From: an uncultured Chloroflexia bacterium
Lineage (GTDB): Bacteria; Chloroflexota; Limnocylindria; Limnocylindrales; CSP1-4
NCBI GenBank assembly: GCA_963752475.1
Contig: CAVVYR010000006.1
Location: 128,001 to 192,000, forward strand
DNA: 64,000 nt
Reading direction: 5' to 3'
A program made the position numbers and the translations under genes. A model generated the notes under the pieces. That model saw only the letters and a list, made by a program, of their open reading frames with translations. It was not told the DNA's origin and made no database searches. Numbering within the stretch: the stretch's first letter is position 1; each line of letters opens with the position of its first letter. This document shows, in pieces, positions 10,571 through 19,990 of the stretch.

Positions 10571-11972
10571 GCCGACCACCGCGACCTCCGACAGCGCCAC
10601 GCGCGACGCCGGTTCGTATCGCGACCCGGCTGGCTTCGTCTTCCGCCGCGATGGCGTCGTCTACCGCCAGATCGACCCGACCTTCGCCGACGACTGGCAG
10701 GGCTATCTCGAATCCGGCCTCTACGAACGGCTGCGTGACGAGGGCATCGTCATCCCGCACGAGGCGGTTGACCTCGAGCTGGCCCCGTCACCGCCGGCCC
10801 ACGCGGTCATCCGACCCGAGCAGCTCCCGCTCATCTCCTATCCCTACGAGTGGTCCTTCAGCCAGCTGCAGGATGCGGCACTCCTGACCCTGCGGGCGCA
10901 GACCCTGGCCGCGGAGGCCGGGTTCACGCTCCGCGACGCCTCCGCCTACAACGTCCAGTTCCATCGCGGCCGACCGGTGCTCATCGACTCGCTCTCGTTC
11001 GAGCGAGCGGTAGAGGGGAGGCCGTGGGCGCCGTACCGGCAGTTCTGTGAGCACTTCCTGGCGCCGCTCGCGCTGATGGCCAAGGTCGACATCCGGCTGG
11101 GCCGGCTGCTGCGCGACCACCTCGAGGGCATCCCCCTCGACCTCGCCGCGCGACTCCTTCCAGGGCGTACCCGCCTGAGCTTCGGCCTCGGGCCGCACAT
11201 CCACATCCACGCTCGCGCTCAACGCCAGCACGCGGACGACAACGCGCAGGCCGATTCGAAGTCCGAGGCGACGATGTCGCCGAAGCAGCTGGCCACGCTC
11301 ATCGAGAGCCTGCACGACACGGTCGCCGGGCTCTCGTGGGAGCCCGAGGGCACAGCCTGGGCCGACTACGCGGACAACACCAGCTATGGCGACGCCGCCA
11401 CCGAGTCGAAGGCTCGGACCGTTGCCGAGATGCTAGCGAAGGTCGATGGCCGGTCGGCCTGGGACCTGGGCGCGAACACCGGCCGCTACAGCCGCATCGC
11501 CGCCGACGCCGGCTACCGGGTGGTGGCGCTCGACATCGACCCCGCAGCGGTCGAACGTGGCTACACCGTGCTCAAGGCGGACGGCCGCACGGACATCACC
11601 CCCTTGTTGGCGGACATCACCGACCCGAGCCCGGCGCTTGGATGGGGAAACGCTGAGCGTGCGAGCCTGCTCGATCGCATCGACGCCGATGTGATCCTGG
11701 CGCTGGCCCTGGTCCATCACCTGGCCATCGGCGCCAACGTGCCGCTGCCGATGATCGCCTCGACGTTCGCGCGCATGGCTCCGCACGCCATCGTCGAGTT
11801 CGTGCCCAAGCAGGATGCGATGGTCCAGCGGCTCCTGGCCTTCCGCCGCGATGTCTTCCCCGACTACGACATCGACGGGTTCCGCGCCGCCTTCGAGGCG
11901 CACTTCGAGGTCGTCTCGAGCACACCCGTCGAGGACAGCGAGCGGACCCTGTTCCACCTCCAGCGTCGCTGA
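10563..11972 (+). CDS. NoeA-like protein: kinase-like N-domain + class I SAM methyltransferase C-domain
   Basis: SYRDPAG, ISYPYEWSFSQL, LRDASAYNVQF..PVLIDSLSF in the N half; DLGANTG, ALDID, LALALVHHL in the C half. Confidence 0.75.
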   Translation: MTEPTTATSDSATRDAGSYRDPAGFVFRRDGVVYRQIDPTFADDWQGYLESGLYERLRDEGIVIPHEAVDLELAPSPPAHAVIRPEQLPLISYPYEWSFSQLQDAALLTLRAQTLAAEAGFTLRDASAYNVQFHRGRPVLIDSLSFERAVEGRPWAPYRQFCEHFLAPLALMAKVDIRLGRLLRDHLEGIPLDLAARLLPGRTRLSFGLGPHIHIHARAQRQHADDNAQADSKSEATMSPKQLATLIESLHDTVAGLSWEPEGTAWADYADNTSYGDAATESKARTVAEMLAKVDGRSAWDLGANTGRYSRIAADAGYRVVALDIDPAAVERGYTVLKADGRTDITPLLADITDPSPALGWGNAERASLLDRIDADVILALALVHHLAIGANVPLPMIASTFARMAPHAIVEFVPKQDAMVQRLLAFRRDVFPDYDIDGFRAAFEAHFEVVSSTPVEDSERTLFHLQRR

Positions 11973-13441
11973 TGGCCGAGCGTCGCCAGAAGCCATCGTT
12001 GCTGCTCCTGGGTGGCATCGCCTGCCTGCCCGTGGTGTTCGTGATCACGTACTACCTCGACCAGGGTGCCTGGCTGTTCGCCTCGTGGCGGGCGGTCGGC
12101 GTGTCGCTCGCGATCGCTCTCGTGGTGCTGGGCCTGTCGACCCTGCTGCTGCGCGATCGCGTCCACGGTGCCTTCGTGGGTCTCTGTGTCCTGCTCATGC
12201 TGCTGGTGTACGGCTTCCCCGGCTTGCTCGCGCTGGTAGCCCTCGTCGCCGGACTCATCGCCGCGAACGCCCTGCTCGGGGAGCGGGGCTCGCGGGCTGC
12301 CTCCAGGATGCTCGGCATCGCCTATCGGGCCCTCGGGATCTTCGGCTACGCCCTGCTCGTGGTGACGCTGGTCCAATTCGGGGTTCGTGGGCAGATCACC
12401 GGCTTCTCGGCCGACGGGAGCGCCCAGGACGTCGATCCGGCTGCGCCCGACATCTGGCTGGTGCTGCTCGATGGCTATCCCAGGGCCGACACGCTCGCGC
12501 GTGACTGGGACCACACCGGCCCTGGCATCGAGGAGGGCCTCGAGGACCTGGGATTCGCCGTGGCCGAGGGTGCCCGCTCGAACTACAACGCGACCAACCT
12601 GACGCTGCCCGCGCTCCTCGAGATGGCCTTGCTCGACGACGTCGAGCCGTGGGCCGACTACGACCCGCAGGGCTCTGCACCCGCTGCGGAGCGCGCCATC
12701 TCTCTGCAGCAGAACCGTGCCTTCGACCTGCTCCGCGAGCACGGCTACCGGATCACCTCGATCGGCGCCGGCTACACCCACATCGAGATCCGGGCCGTCG
12801 ACGAGTTCATCGACGCCCGCACCACGGACCTGATCGAGTTCCGCCTGCTGGGCATGAGCGCGGTCGGGGCCTTCCTCCAGTGGCTCGATCCCGAGTTCGG
12901 CGAGGGCCAGGTCGCCCAACGCGTGGAGCAGAACCTCGCGTCCCTGGAACGGCTCGCACGTGACTCCGGCGAGCGTCCGGACTTCGTCTTCGCACACCTT
13001 CCGGCGCCACACCCGCCGTATGCCTTCGCCTCTGTGGAGCGCCCGACCGTCCCCTTGAGCGATCTCTTCTACTACCAGCCCGAGCTCTTCGGCGAGGACC
13101 TCATGAAGATGGCCTATCGGGAGAACGTGGGCGGCACCGCCGAGCGGGTCCTCGACACGCTGGCTGAGGTCGTCGAGACCGTCGGCGACGATGCGGTGAT
13201 CATCGTGATGTCCGACCATGGCGCCCGGCCGCACCGGTATGAGGGCCTGACGCTCGAGGAGGCCGAAAGCCAGTTCGCCATCCTGCTGGCGGCCCGAACA
13301 CCCGACGGTGAGGTCCTCTTCGAGGATGACGCGCTTGCCAGCAACGTCTTCCTGACCGTGGCCAACCGCTACCTGGGCACCGACATCCCGCCGGTCGACC
13401 GCATCTTCGAAGCGCAGGACGGCGTCCGGTTCCCGCTGTAA
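11972..13441 (+). CDS. Membrane alkaline-phosphatase/sulfatase-superfamily (LtaS/NoeB-like) protein
   Basis: About 5 TM helices, then PDIWLVLLDGY, NYNATNLTL, HLPAPHPPY, MSDHG; translationally coupled to the upstream gene. Confidence 0.8.
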   Translation: MAERRQKPSLLLLGGIACLPVVFVITYYLDQGAWLFASWRAVGVSLAIALVVLGLSTLLLRDRVHGAFVGLCVLLMLLVYGFPGLLALVALVAGLIAANALLGERGSRAASRMLGIAYRALGIFGYALLVVTLVQFGVRGQITGFSADGSAQDVDPAAPDIWLVLLDGYPRADTLARDWDHTGPGIEEGLEDLGFAVAEGARSNYNATNLTLPALLEMALLDDVEPWADYDPQGSAPAAERAISLQQNRAFDLLREHGYRITSIGAGYTHIEIRAVDEFIDARTTDLIEFRLLGMSAVGAFLQWLDPEFGEGQVAQRVEQNLASLERLARDSGERPDFVFAHLPAPHPPYAFASVERPTVPLSDLFYYQPELFGEDLMKMAYRENVGGTAERVLDTLAEVVETVGDDAVIIVMSDHGARPHRYEGLTLEEAESQFAILLAARTPDGEVLFEDDALASNVFLTVANRYLGTDIPPVDRIFEAQDGVRFPL

Positions 13442-13484
13442 TCCAGGTTCAGTCCGAGCCTGCTCTCTCAGTGATGGTGCCGAT

Positions 13485-13534
13485 AAGCATAACGCTATAC
13501 GTCAGTTGACTATGCAGAAGCGTAGCGCTATCAT
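13485..13534 (+). promoter_or_regulatory. sigma70-type promoter with two overlapping operator-like repeats
   Basis: TTGACT (13506) -17 nt- TATCAT (13529), ATG 6 nt later; repeats AAGCATAACGCTAT (13485) and AAGCGTAGCGCTAT (13518). Confidence 0.7.
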
Positions 13535-13540
13535 TCAGTC

Positions 13541-14953
13541 ATGCTCACGATGGATGACATCGGCGGACTGAACCCATGGTGGACGGATGGCGACTGGAAC
13601 GCGGACGACGACCCTCACCTCGCGGCGGCAGAGGTCGCGCCGTTCACCTGGGATCCGCGCCCGTTCGACACAGCGGATGTCGACTCGGGGGCGGTGTTCA
13701 CGCTCCGCGGTCCGCGGCAGTGTGGCAAGACCACGCTCGCCAAGCGGCTCATCCAGGACCGGGTTGCGGCTGGGCTGGGACGTCGTACCTGCTACCTGAC
13801 CCTGCGCATCGTCGACGACGCCGACGAGGTTCGAGCTGCGATCGAGCGGATCCTCCGGCTGTGGCCCGCTGAGGACCCATCAACGCGCTGGTTGTTCGTG
13901 CTCGACGAGCTGACGTTCGTGCGGGGCTGGGCCAACGCGATCGCACACCTGCGAGAGTTCGATCCCGTCTTCCGCCGGGCGACAGTCATCCTCACAGGCT
14001 CGTCGGCGGCAGACCTCGCATCCTCGGCTGACGACCTGCATGGCCGACGAGGCCGGTATGGACGGCCGCTGGATCGGCTGCACATGCCGATGACGTTCCG
14101 CGACTTCCTCGGCTTTCGCGACCGTGGCATCGAGCTCGGCGCGCCCCTGCCGCTTCAGGAACTGCTGACAGATGACGGAAGGCAGCGTGTGGCCAGCCTC
14201 GCCCTGCGCGCCTCGGCCATCGACCAGTATCTGGGGGAGTACGTACGGAGTGGCGGCCTCCCGGCGCCGATGACGGACATGCTCATCGACGGCACGGTCC
14301 TACCGGGCACGATCATGGAGTTGTGGCGTGGTCTTTCTGCAGACGTACGTCGACTGGACCGGAGCGAGGACCGTCTGGCCAAGCTCGTGTCGCGAACCGT
14401 CGTTGCGCTTGGCCACCTGACGAACCCTGCCGACGTCGCTCGCGACATGGACGTCGCTCGCAATACCGCAAGCGAGTACATCCGTCTGCTGGCACAGTCA
14501 TTCGCCATCATCGTGCTCCACCAGCGCGACCGGAAGCGTCAGGGCGGACCGTCGATGACGCTTCCACGGAAGCACTACTTCGGTGACTTGGCCTTTGCTG
14601 CGATCCCGGGTGCACAGGGCGGACCCGAGGCCAGTGCGAGCTGCCTCGTCGAGAACGCCACGGCGGTGAGTCTGTTCCGACACCTGGAGCGGAACGCGCT
14701 CGAGTCATTCGCTTTGCCGCAGCGGCTGTTCCTGTGGCGAAGTGGTCGAGGTCGTGAGATCGACTTCGTCGCCGACGTTGGGCCTACCGTGATTCCCGTC
14801 GAGTGCAAGTACACGTCGGCGCCCGGTGGCAAGGACTACGAATCGATGTCGAAAGCCTTCGGCCACGGCGTCATGGCCAGTCGGTCGGCGCTGATCACGG
14901 ACCGACAGATCCTGACGTTGCCCGTAGGGGTCCTCCTGGCGATGCTTGGCTGA
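13541..14953 (+). CDS. AAA_14 + DUF4143 ATP-binding protein with C-terminal PD-(D/E)XK-like motif
   Basis: LNPWW, Walker A GPRQCGKTT, Walker B LFVLDE, ILTGSS, YVRSGGLP, EIDFV...VECK. Confidence 0.9.
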   Translation: MLTMDDIGGLNPWWTDGDWNADDDPHLAAAEVAPFTWDPRPFDTADVDSGAVFTLRGPRQCGKTTLAKRLIQDRVAAGLGRRTCYLTLRIVDDADEVRAAIERILRLWPAEDPSTRWLFVLDELTFVRGWANAIAHLREFDPVFRRATVILTGSSAADLASSADDLHGRRGRYGRPLDRLHMPMTFRDFLGFRDRGIELGAPLPLQELLTDDGRQRVASLALRASAIDQYLGEYVRSGGLPAPMTDMLIDGTVLPGTIMELWRGLSADVRRLDRSEDRLAKLVSRTVVALGHLTNPADVARDMDVARNTASEYIRLLAQSFAIIVLHQRDRKRQGGPSMTLPRKHYFGDLAFAAIPGAQGGPEASASCLVENATAVSLFRHLERNALESFALPQRLFLWRSGRGREIDFVADVGPTVIPVECKYTSAPGGKDYESMSKAFGHGVMASRSALITDRQILTLPVGVLLAMLG

Positions 14954-14977
14954 CCGCCCGCGGCGTTCCGGTGCGCT

Positions 14978-15685
14978 CTACTCGAAGAGCGTTTCGGACT
15001 CCTCGATGGGCTCCAGCAGCTCCGGGCCTTGGTTGCGCACGTTGTTGACGCGGGTGCTGATGGGGTACATGCCCAGGACGTCGTCGGGCGCCGGTTCCAG
15101 CAGCGATGTCAGATACTCGGCATCGTCGAACTCGGGATCGAGCCAGTCGTCCCAGACCTCGCGCGGCAGCAGCACCGGCATGCGGTCGTGGATCGAGGAC
15201 ATCATGCGGTTGGCCTCGGTCGTGATGACCGCCGCCGATGGCACCCACAGCCCCGTCTCCGGGTCCTTCCACACCGCCCACACGCCGGCCATCGCGAGCA
15301 CCGCATCCTCGGGTGGATGCAGGAGGTAGGGCTGCTTGGGGCCGCCCGTCCGACGCCACTCGTAGAAACCGTCGGACGGCACGATGCAGCGCCGCTTCCT
15401 GAACGAGGAGCGGAACGAGGGCGAGGTCGCCACCGTCTCCGCCCGAGCGTTGATGCGCTTGGCCCCGTCCTTGAGCGACTTGGCGAACGATGGCACCAGC
15501 CCCCAACGGAGCTGCTCGACGGTCCGTCCCTGCTCGGCCCGCTGGGTGACCACCGTCAGCGGCTGCGTGGGCGCTACGTTGTAGCGGGGCTTGGCATCGT
15601 CGGCATCGGCCTCGATGGCCGACTCGGCATCGAAGATGCGCGCGACCTCCGCAGGGTCGGTCGTCTGGGTCATGCGACCGCACAT
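14978..15685 (-). CDS. SRAP/YedK/HMCES abasic-site protein
   Basis: MCGR start, RYNVAPTQ, WGLVP, INARAET, DGFYEW, IHDRMPV. Confidence 0.95.
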   Translation of the reverse strand: MCGRMTQTTDPAEVARIFDAESAIEADADDAKPRYNVAPTQPLTVVTQRAEQGRTVEQLRWGLVPSFAKSLKDGAKRINARAETVATSPSFRSSFRKRRCIVPSDGFYEWRRTGGPKQPYLLHPPEDAVLAMAGVWAVWKDPETGLWVPSAAVITTEANRMMSSIHDRMPVLLPREVWDDWLDPEFDDAEYLTSLLEPAPDDVLGMYPISTRVNNVRNQGPELLEPIEESETLFE

Positions 15686-15689
15686 CGGC

Positions 15690-17175
15690 CTAGCCCTCCG
15701 TATTGGTCCCCGGTTCGTCAGCGGCCTGGTCGGACAGGACCTTGACGCCGATGACCAGCAGCAGGATCGCGGCCGCGGTCAGCATGGCGATGCCCGGCCC
15801 ACCGACCGACCACAAGCCCAGCACGGCGATGAGGCCGATGCCCACCACGAGGATGGCCATGGCGTTGCGCTTGACCCAGCGGCCCAGCGTCCGCGGCGGC
15901 GTCTCCATCGAGGGCCGCTGTAGCCGGTCACGACGCTCGTAGACGACCGCCGCGACAGCCACGATGAGCGCCGCCAGGATGAGGGCGAAGGTCCACAACA
16001 ACAGCGAGTCCACAGCCGCATCGATGATGGCGCTGACCACCACCCGCGCCTCCAGCTCCGGCTGACGTCGCGTCGCCGCCTCGAGGAGCAGGCGCGTCGC
16101 CACGCGTGCGGTCAGCAGGGCCGCGATGGCACCACCGCTGAGCCACAGCGTCATCCGGATCCGCTTCCTCGCGAGCCACAGCGCCAGGGCCGTGAACAGC
16201 GCCCACAACAGCAGTGCCAGGACCGGTGATGAGGTCGAACCAGCGCACGGTCGTGTGGATCAGCTCCAGGTTCTCCGAATCGATGAGCACGATCGTGCCC
16301 ACACCGTCGGGGATGTCGCGGTCCAGCAGTTGCTCGATGAGCGCGATGGCGCGGTCCGAGGCCTCGAAGCTCGTGAGGTCCGGGATCTCTCGCCCTTCGT
16401 CGATGAAGCCGGCGTCCTGCAGGCTGTAGAGCACGCCCTCGATGAGCGGGAAGATGTTGAGGGTGAGCACGCCCTCCTCGGACGTGAGCGCGTCGCCGTC
16501 TCCGCCACGGATGGCGGTCATGGCCGCGTCGTGGGCGGTCTTGTTCACGTTCACGAAGGCGGTCTGGAAGGCGTCGGTCTGGGCGAAGTCGGCGACCACA
16601 TCGGTGACGCGGTCCTGGACCACCGCGGTCACGGCGCCGGCGATGATGTCTGGCCCCGGAATGGCCTCGGCCACGGTGTCGCGCACCAGCGTCGAGTCAG
16701 CCAGGCGGTCGACGATGACGACGCTGATGGCCTCGGTCACCTCCTCTTCGCTGATGACGTCCTCGACGATGCCGCCCCAGCCGTCGGAGGTCAGCAGCGT
16801 CTGGTGCGCCCAGACGACCACGCCGCCGAAGAGGACCATCACGCTCGCGAGCAGCCAGAAGAGCGCGGCCAGCACTCGGCGACCTCGCGGCCCATCGGGC
16901 ACGCGGGGACGGGTCTTGGCCGCCTGCTCCACGACGTCACCTTCGTCCTCCTCGACGAGGGTCGGCTCGGGCGCGGATGGCGCCTCGTCCTGGGCCAAGG
17001 GCTCGGGCTCAGGCTCGGACTCCGGCGGTGCCTCGGGTTCGGGCGTCGGTTCGGCCTTGGCCTCGGATCCGGCCGGCGCCTCGGACGCCTCCGCCTCGGC
17101 AGCCTCGGGCTGGCCTGGCGCCGTGGTGGCCTCAGCCGGCTCGTCGGTCTCGGGCGCGGGTCGTTCCTCGGTCAT
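15690..17175 (-). CDS. Integral membrane protein with acidic Pro-rich N-terminus (one frameshift ~16220)
   Basis: ORFs 15928-17175 and 15690-16208 join into one multi-TM protein; GGGAG RBS upstream. Confidence 0.65.
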
Positions 17176-17292
17176 GGTCTCTCCCTGGTGACACGGGGTG
17201 GGCGCGCTGCGTGTCGTGGGGAATGGTATGGCACCGGCGCGGTCGGGTACCGTTCATCCCGACGACCGAACCATGCCGCGAGGGGAGAGACC

Positions 17293-18258
17293 ATGAGCAC
17301 GAACGACGCGATCCGCTGGGGCCTGCTGGGCACCTCACGCATCAACATCAAGCTGCTGCGAGGCGCCTCGGGCACCGACACGGCCGAAGTTGTCGCCGTG
17401 GGCTCCCGTTCGAGCGCGACAGGCGAGGCCTTCGCGGCCGAGCACGGGATCGGCAAGGTGCACGGCTCCTACGAAGCGCTCCTGGCCGACCCCGACGTGG
17501 ATGCCATCTACAACCCGCTGCCGAACTCGCTGCACCACCCCTGGACGCTCAAGGCCATCGCGGCCGGCAAGCACGTGCTCTGCGAGAAGCCGTACACGCG
17601 CCATCCCGCCCAGGTCGACGAGGCCTGGGATGCGGCCGAGGCTGCCGACGTGGTGCTCATGGAGGCGTTCATGTGGCGCCACACCCCGCAGGCGGCGCGA
17701 CTCAAGGAGCTGGCCGGGCAGATCGGCGAGCTGGTCCACGTGCGCTCGACGTTCAGCCACCGACTCGATGACGAAAACGACATCCGTGTCGATGCCGAGC
17801 TCGAGGGCGGCTCGCTCATGGACGTGGGCTGCTATTGCATCTCCGGCTCGCGCCTCATCGCCGGCGAGGAGCCGGTGCAGGTCTACGGCGAGCAGGTCAC
17901 GGCCCCGAACGGCGTCGACCGGCGCTTCACCGGCGTGCTGCGCTTCGGGTCCGGCCTGGTGGCTTCGTTCCACTGCGGCTTCGACTCGTTCAGCGAATCG
18001 CTGGAGGTCACCGGGCGCGAGGGCACCGTCCTGGTGCCCGATCCCTGGCACTCGCTACGTGGCGTACTCATCGTCGACGGCGAGGAGCAGTCGGTCGAGG
18101 CCAGGAACCCGTACCAGTGCGAGCTCGAGGACATGGCCGCCGCCATCCGCGGTGAGAGGGCGCCGCTGCTGGGCCGTGACGACGCGTTGGGCCAGGCTCG
18201 GGTCATCGAGGCGCTGTACCGGTCGGCCGCGAACGGCGCGCCTGTCGATCTGGCCTAG
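17293..18258 (+). CDS. Gfo/Idh/MocA oxidoreductase
   Basis: IRWGLLG, YNPLPNSLH, GKHVLCEKP, GGSLMDVGCY; RBS before ATG 17293. Confidence 0.92.
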   Translation: MSTNDAIRWGLLGTSRINIKLLRGASGTDTAEVVAVGSRSSATGEAFAAEHGIGKVHGSYEALLADPDVDAIYNPLPNSLHHPWTLKAIAAGKHVLCEKPYTRHPAQVDEAWDAAEAADVVLMEAFMWRHTPQAARLKELAGQIGELVHVRSTFSHRLDDENDIRVDAELEGGSLMDVGCYCISGSRLIAGEEPVQVYGEQVTAPNGVDRRFTGVLRFGSGLVASFHCGFDSFSESLEVTGREGTVLVPDPWHSLRGVLIVDGEEQSVEARNPYQCELEDMAAAIRGERAPLLGRDDALGQARVIEALYRSAANGAPVDLA

Positions 18259-18426
18259 GTGACCACGCCCGAGCCACCCGCGCCGCCGCCCGAGGAGCCG
18301 GGCTCCGGCTGGGGCCTCCGTGCACCCCAGGGTTGCGCCGAGTGGACGGTCGTCATCCTCGGCGTCATCTGGGTCGTCCTGGCGGTGGTGTTCGTCATCG
18401 CACTGGTGGTGCGACTGAGCGGCTAA
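18259..18426 (+). CDS. Small single-TM protein (55 aa)
   Basis: GTG directly after the upstream stop; MTTPEPPAPPPEEPGSGWGLRAPQGCAEWTVVILGVIWVVLAVVFVIALVVRLSG*; shorter than any ORF in the track. Confidence 0.55.
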   Translation: MTTPEPPAPPPEEPGSGWGLRAPQGCAEWTVVILGVIWVVLAVVFVIALVVRLSG

Positions 18427-18693
18427 CCGCCCCCGTACCTCCGGCCAGGCGGTAGCGTCGTCAAACCCGGTCTGTTGCTGTTCGGGTCGGTGAGTGTCAG
18501 TACGAGTGGCCGGGGGGTACGTGAGAGCCCTTTGGCCGCTTTTCTGTTGCCAGAGGTCACCGAACAGCCGATAATCCGTTGACAAGCGCTTTGCACATTC
18601 CTGCGAGGATGGTGGACTGAGCCGGTCGACACGCGTCGCCCGCGAGATGAAGCGTGTCCGAGCCAAACTGGGTAGTTGAAAGGTCAAGCGTCA

Positions 18694-19338
18694 GTGCAGC
18701 ACTTCCCGTTCCTGCCATCGAACAAGGGGGATAGGCGCCAGAGGGGCGAGTCAGGCGCCACCCTGGTCGAGTTCGCGCTGGTCATCCCCATCGTGTTCTT
18801 CGTGTTCCTGGCGCTGCTCGAGATGGCGCTCGGGTTCAACTCCTTCGTGGGCGTCAATCGCGCCTCGCAGCACGCAGCCCACCTCGCTTCGATCGCCGGC
18901 AACCAGGTTGGGGCCGACTGCCTCATCCTGAGCCAGATCGAGGAGGACATCGCGGCACCGACCCGGCGGACCTCCATCATCGACGTGCGCATCCAGCGCA
19001 CGTCGCTCGCGGGCAACTGGGCCTATCAGCAGAACCTGTACCACCGCAGTGGCTCCATGGACTGCACGCTGCCCAATGGCGATCCGGTCACCCTCCCGTA
19101 TGAGTTGGATCTTGTCGAGCGCACGTACCCCGAGGACAAGCGCTGCTCGGCGCTCAAGGGGTGTCCTGCGATGCCCCCCCTTGGTGCCCGGTCGACGGTC
19201 GACAACATCGCGGTCGGTGTCAAGTACCGCCATGACTGGCTCACGCCATTCCCCTCGATCATCACGACGTTGCCCGGTGGCACGGCCGGTTGGACCTTCG
19301 TCCAGAGGAACATCTTCCGCATGGAGCCAACGCTGTGA
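18694..19338 (+). CDS. tadE: TadE-family pseudopilin
   Basis: G/ATLVEFALVIP prepilin motif followed by a hydrophobic helix. Confidence 0.85.
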   Translation: MQHFPFLPSNKGDRRQRGESGATLVEFALVIPIVFFVFLALLEMALGFNSFVGVNRASQHAAHLASIAGNQVGADCLILSQIEEDIAAPTRRTSIIDVRIQRTSLAGNWAYQQNLYHRSGSMDCTLPNGDPVTLPYELDLVERTYPEDKRCSALKGCPAMPPLGARSTVDNIAVGVKYRHDWLTPFPSIITTLPGGTAGWTFVQRNIFRMEPTL

Positions 19339-19982
19339 GGCTGCTGCCCAAGCTACGCCGCCGGTCTCGACGCGCCGAAGAGGGTCAGGCGCTCGTCGAG
19401 TTCACGATGGTCATCAGCCTGGTCCTGATCGTGATGTTGTCGGTGGTCGAGCTCGGCATCATCTTCGGCCGCATCAGCAGCCTGGGCTACAGCTCGCGCG
19501 AGGGCGCTCGAACCGGCTCAGCGCTCGCGCTGGGGGAGCAAGAGCTATGCACGCCCACCGAGCGGGATCCCTCCCTCGTGGACGTCGTCGTGGTCGCGGC
19601 GATGCAGCGCATCCTGGATTCGCCTGACTCCGGCATCGACACCGCCGATGTCAACCAGATCCGGATCTTCAAGGCCGACGCTTCCGGCGAGGAGATCGCC
19701 GGGACCGTTAACGTCTGGAACTACATCGGTGACGGCCTGGGTCCCGAGGTGGACCCCGGGAGCCCGGGTGTTTCCAACGTCGACTTTGCGCCGACTTCTG
19801 TGCTCTGGCCTGCGTGTGACCGAAACAACAGCGGCGTCACCCCAGACTCGGTCGGCGTGACCATCCGATACACGCACGAGTGGGTCACGCCCCTGGTGAC
19901 GTTCATCAATTCGTTCGCCGGTGGCGGCCTTGATCTGACCTTGACCGAAACCACCGTCATGGCTCTCAACCCCACGAGCTAG
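19335..19982 (+). CDS. tadE: TadE-family pseudopilin
   Basis: EEG/QALVEFTMV and SSREGARTG; GTGA overlap with the upstream gene. Confidence 0.85.
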   Translation: MRLLPKLRRRSRRAEEGQALVEFTMVISLVLIVMLSVVELGIIFGRISSLGYSSREGARTGSALALGEQELCTPTERDPSLVDVVVVAAMQRILDSPDSGIDTADVNQIRIFKADASGEEIAGTVNVWNYIGDGLGPEVDPGSPGVSNVDFAPTSVLWPACDRNNSGVTPDSVGVTIRYTHEWVTPLVTFINSFAGGGLDLTLTETTVMALNPTS

Positions 19983-19990
19983 GAGGCCCG

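Noticed and set aside
11972-13441. True formylglycine sulfatase
   Set aside because: No C/SxPxR motif; Thr occupies the nucleophile position.
16126-17292. Long ORF-track extensions and antisense ORFs (e.g. 16126+, 40837+, 42210-, 43796-, 56518+)
   Set aside because: These are shadow frames of real genes, typical of high-GC DNA; true starts were identified downstream.
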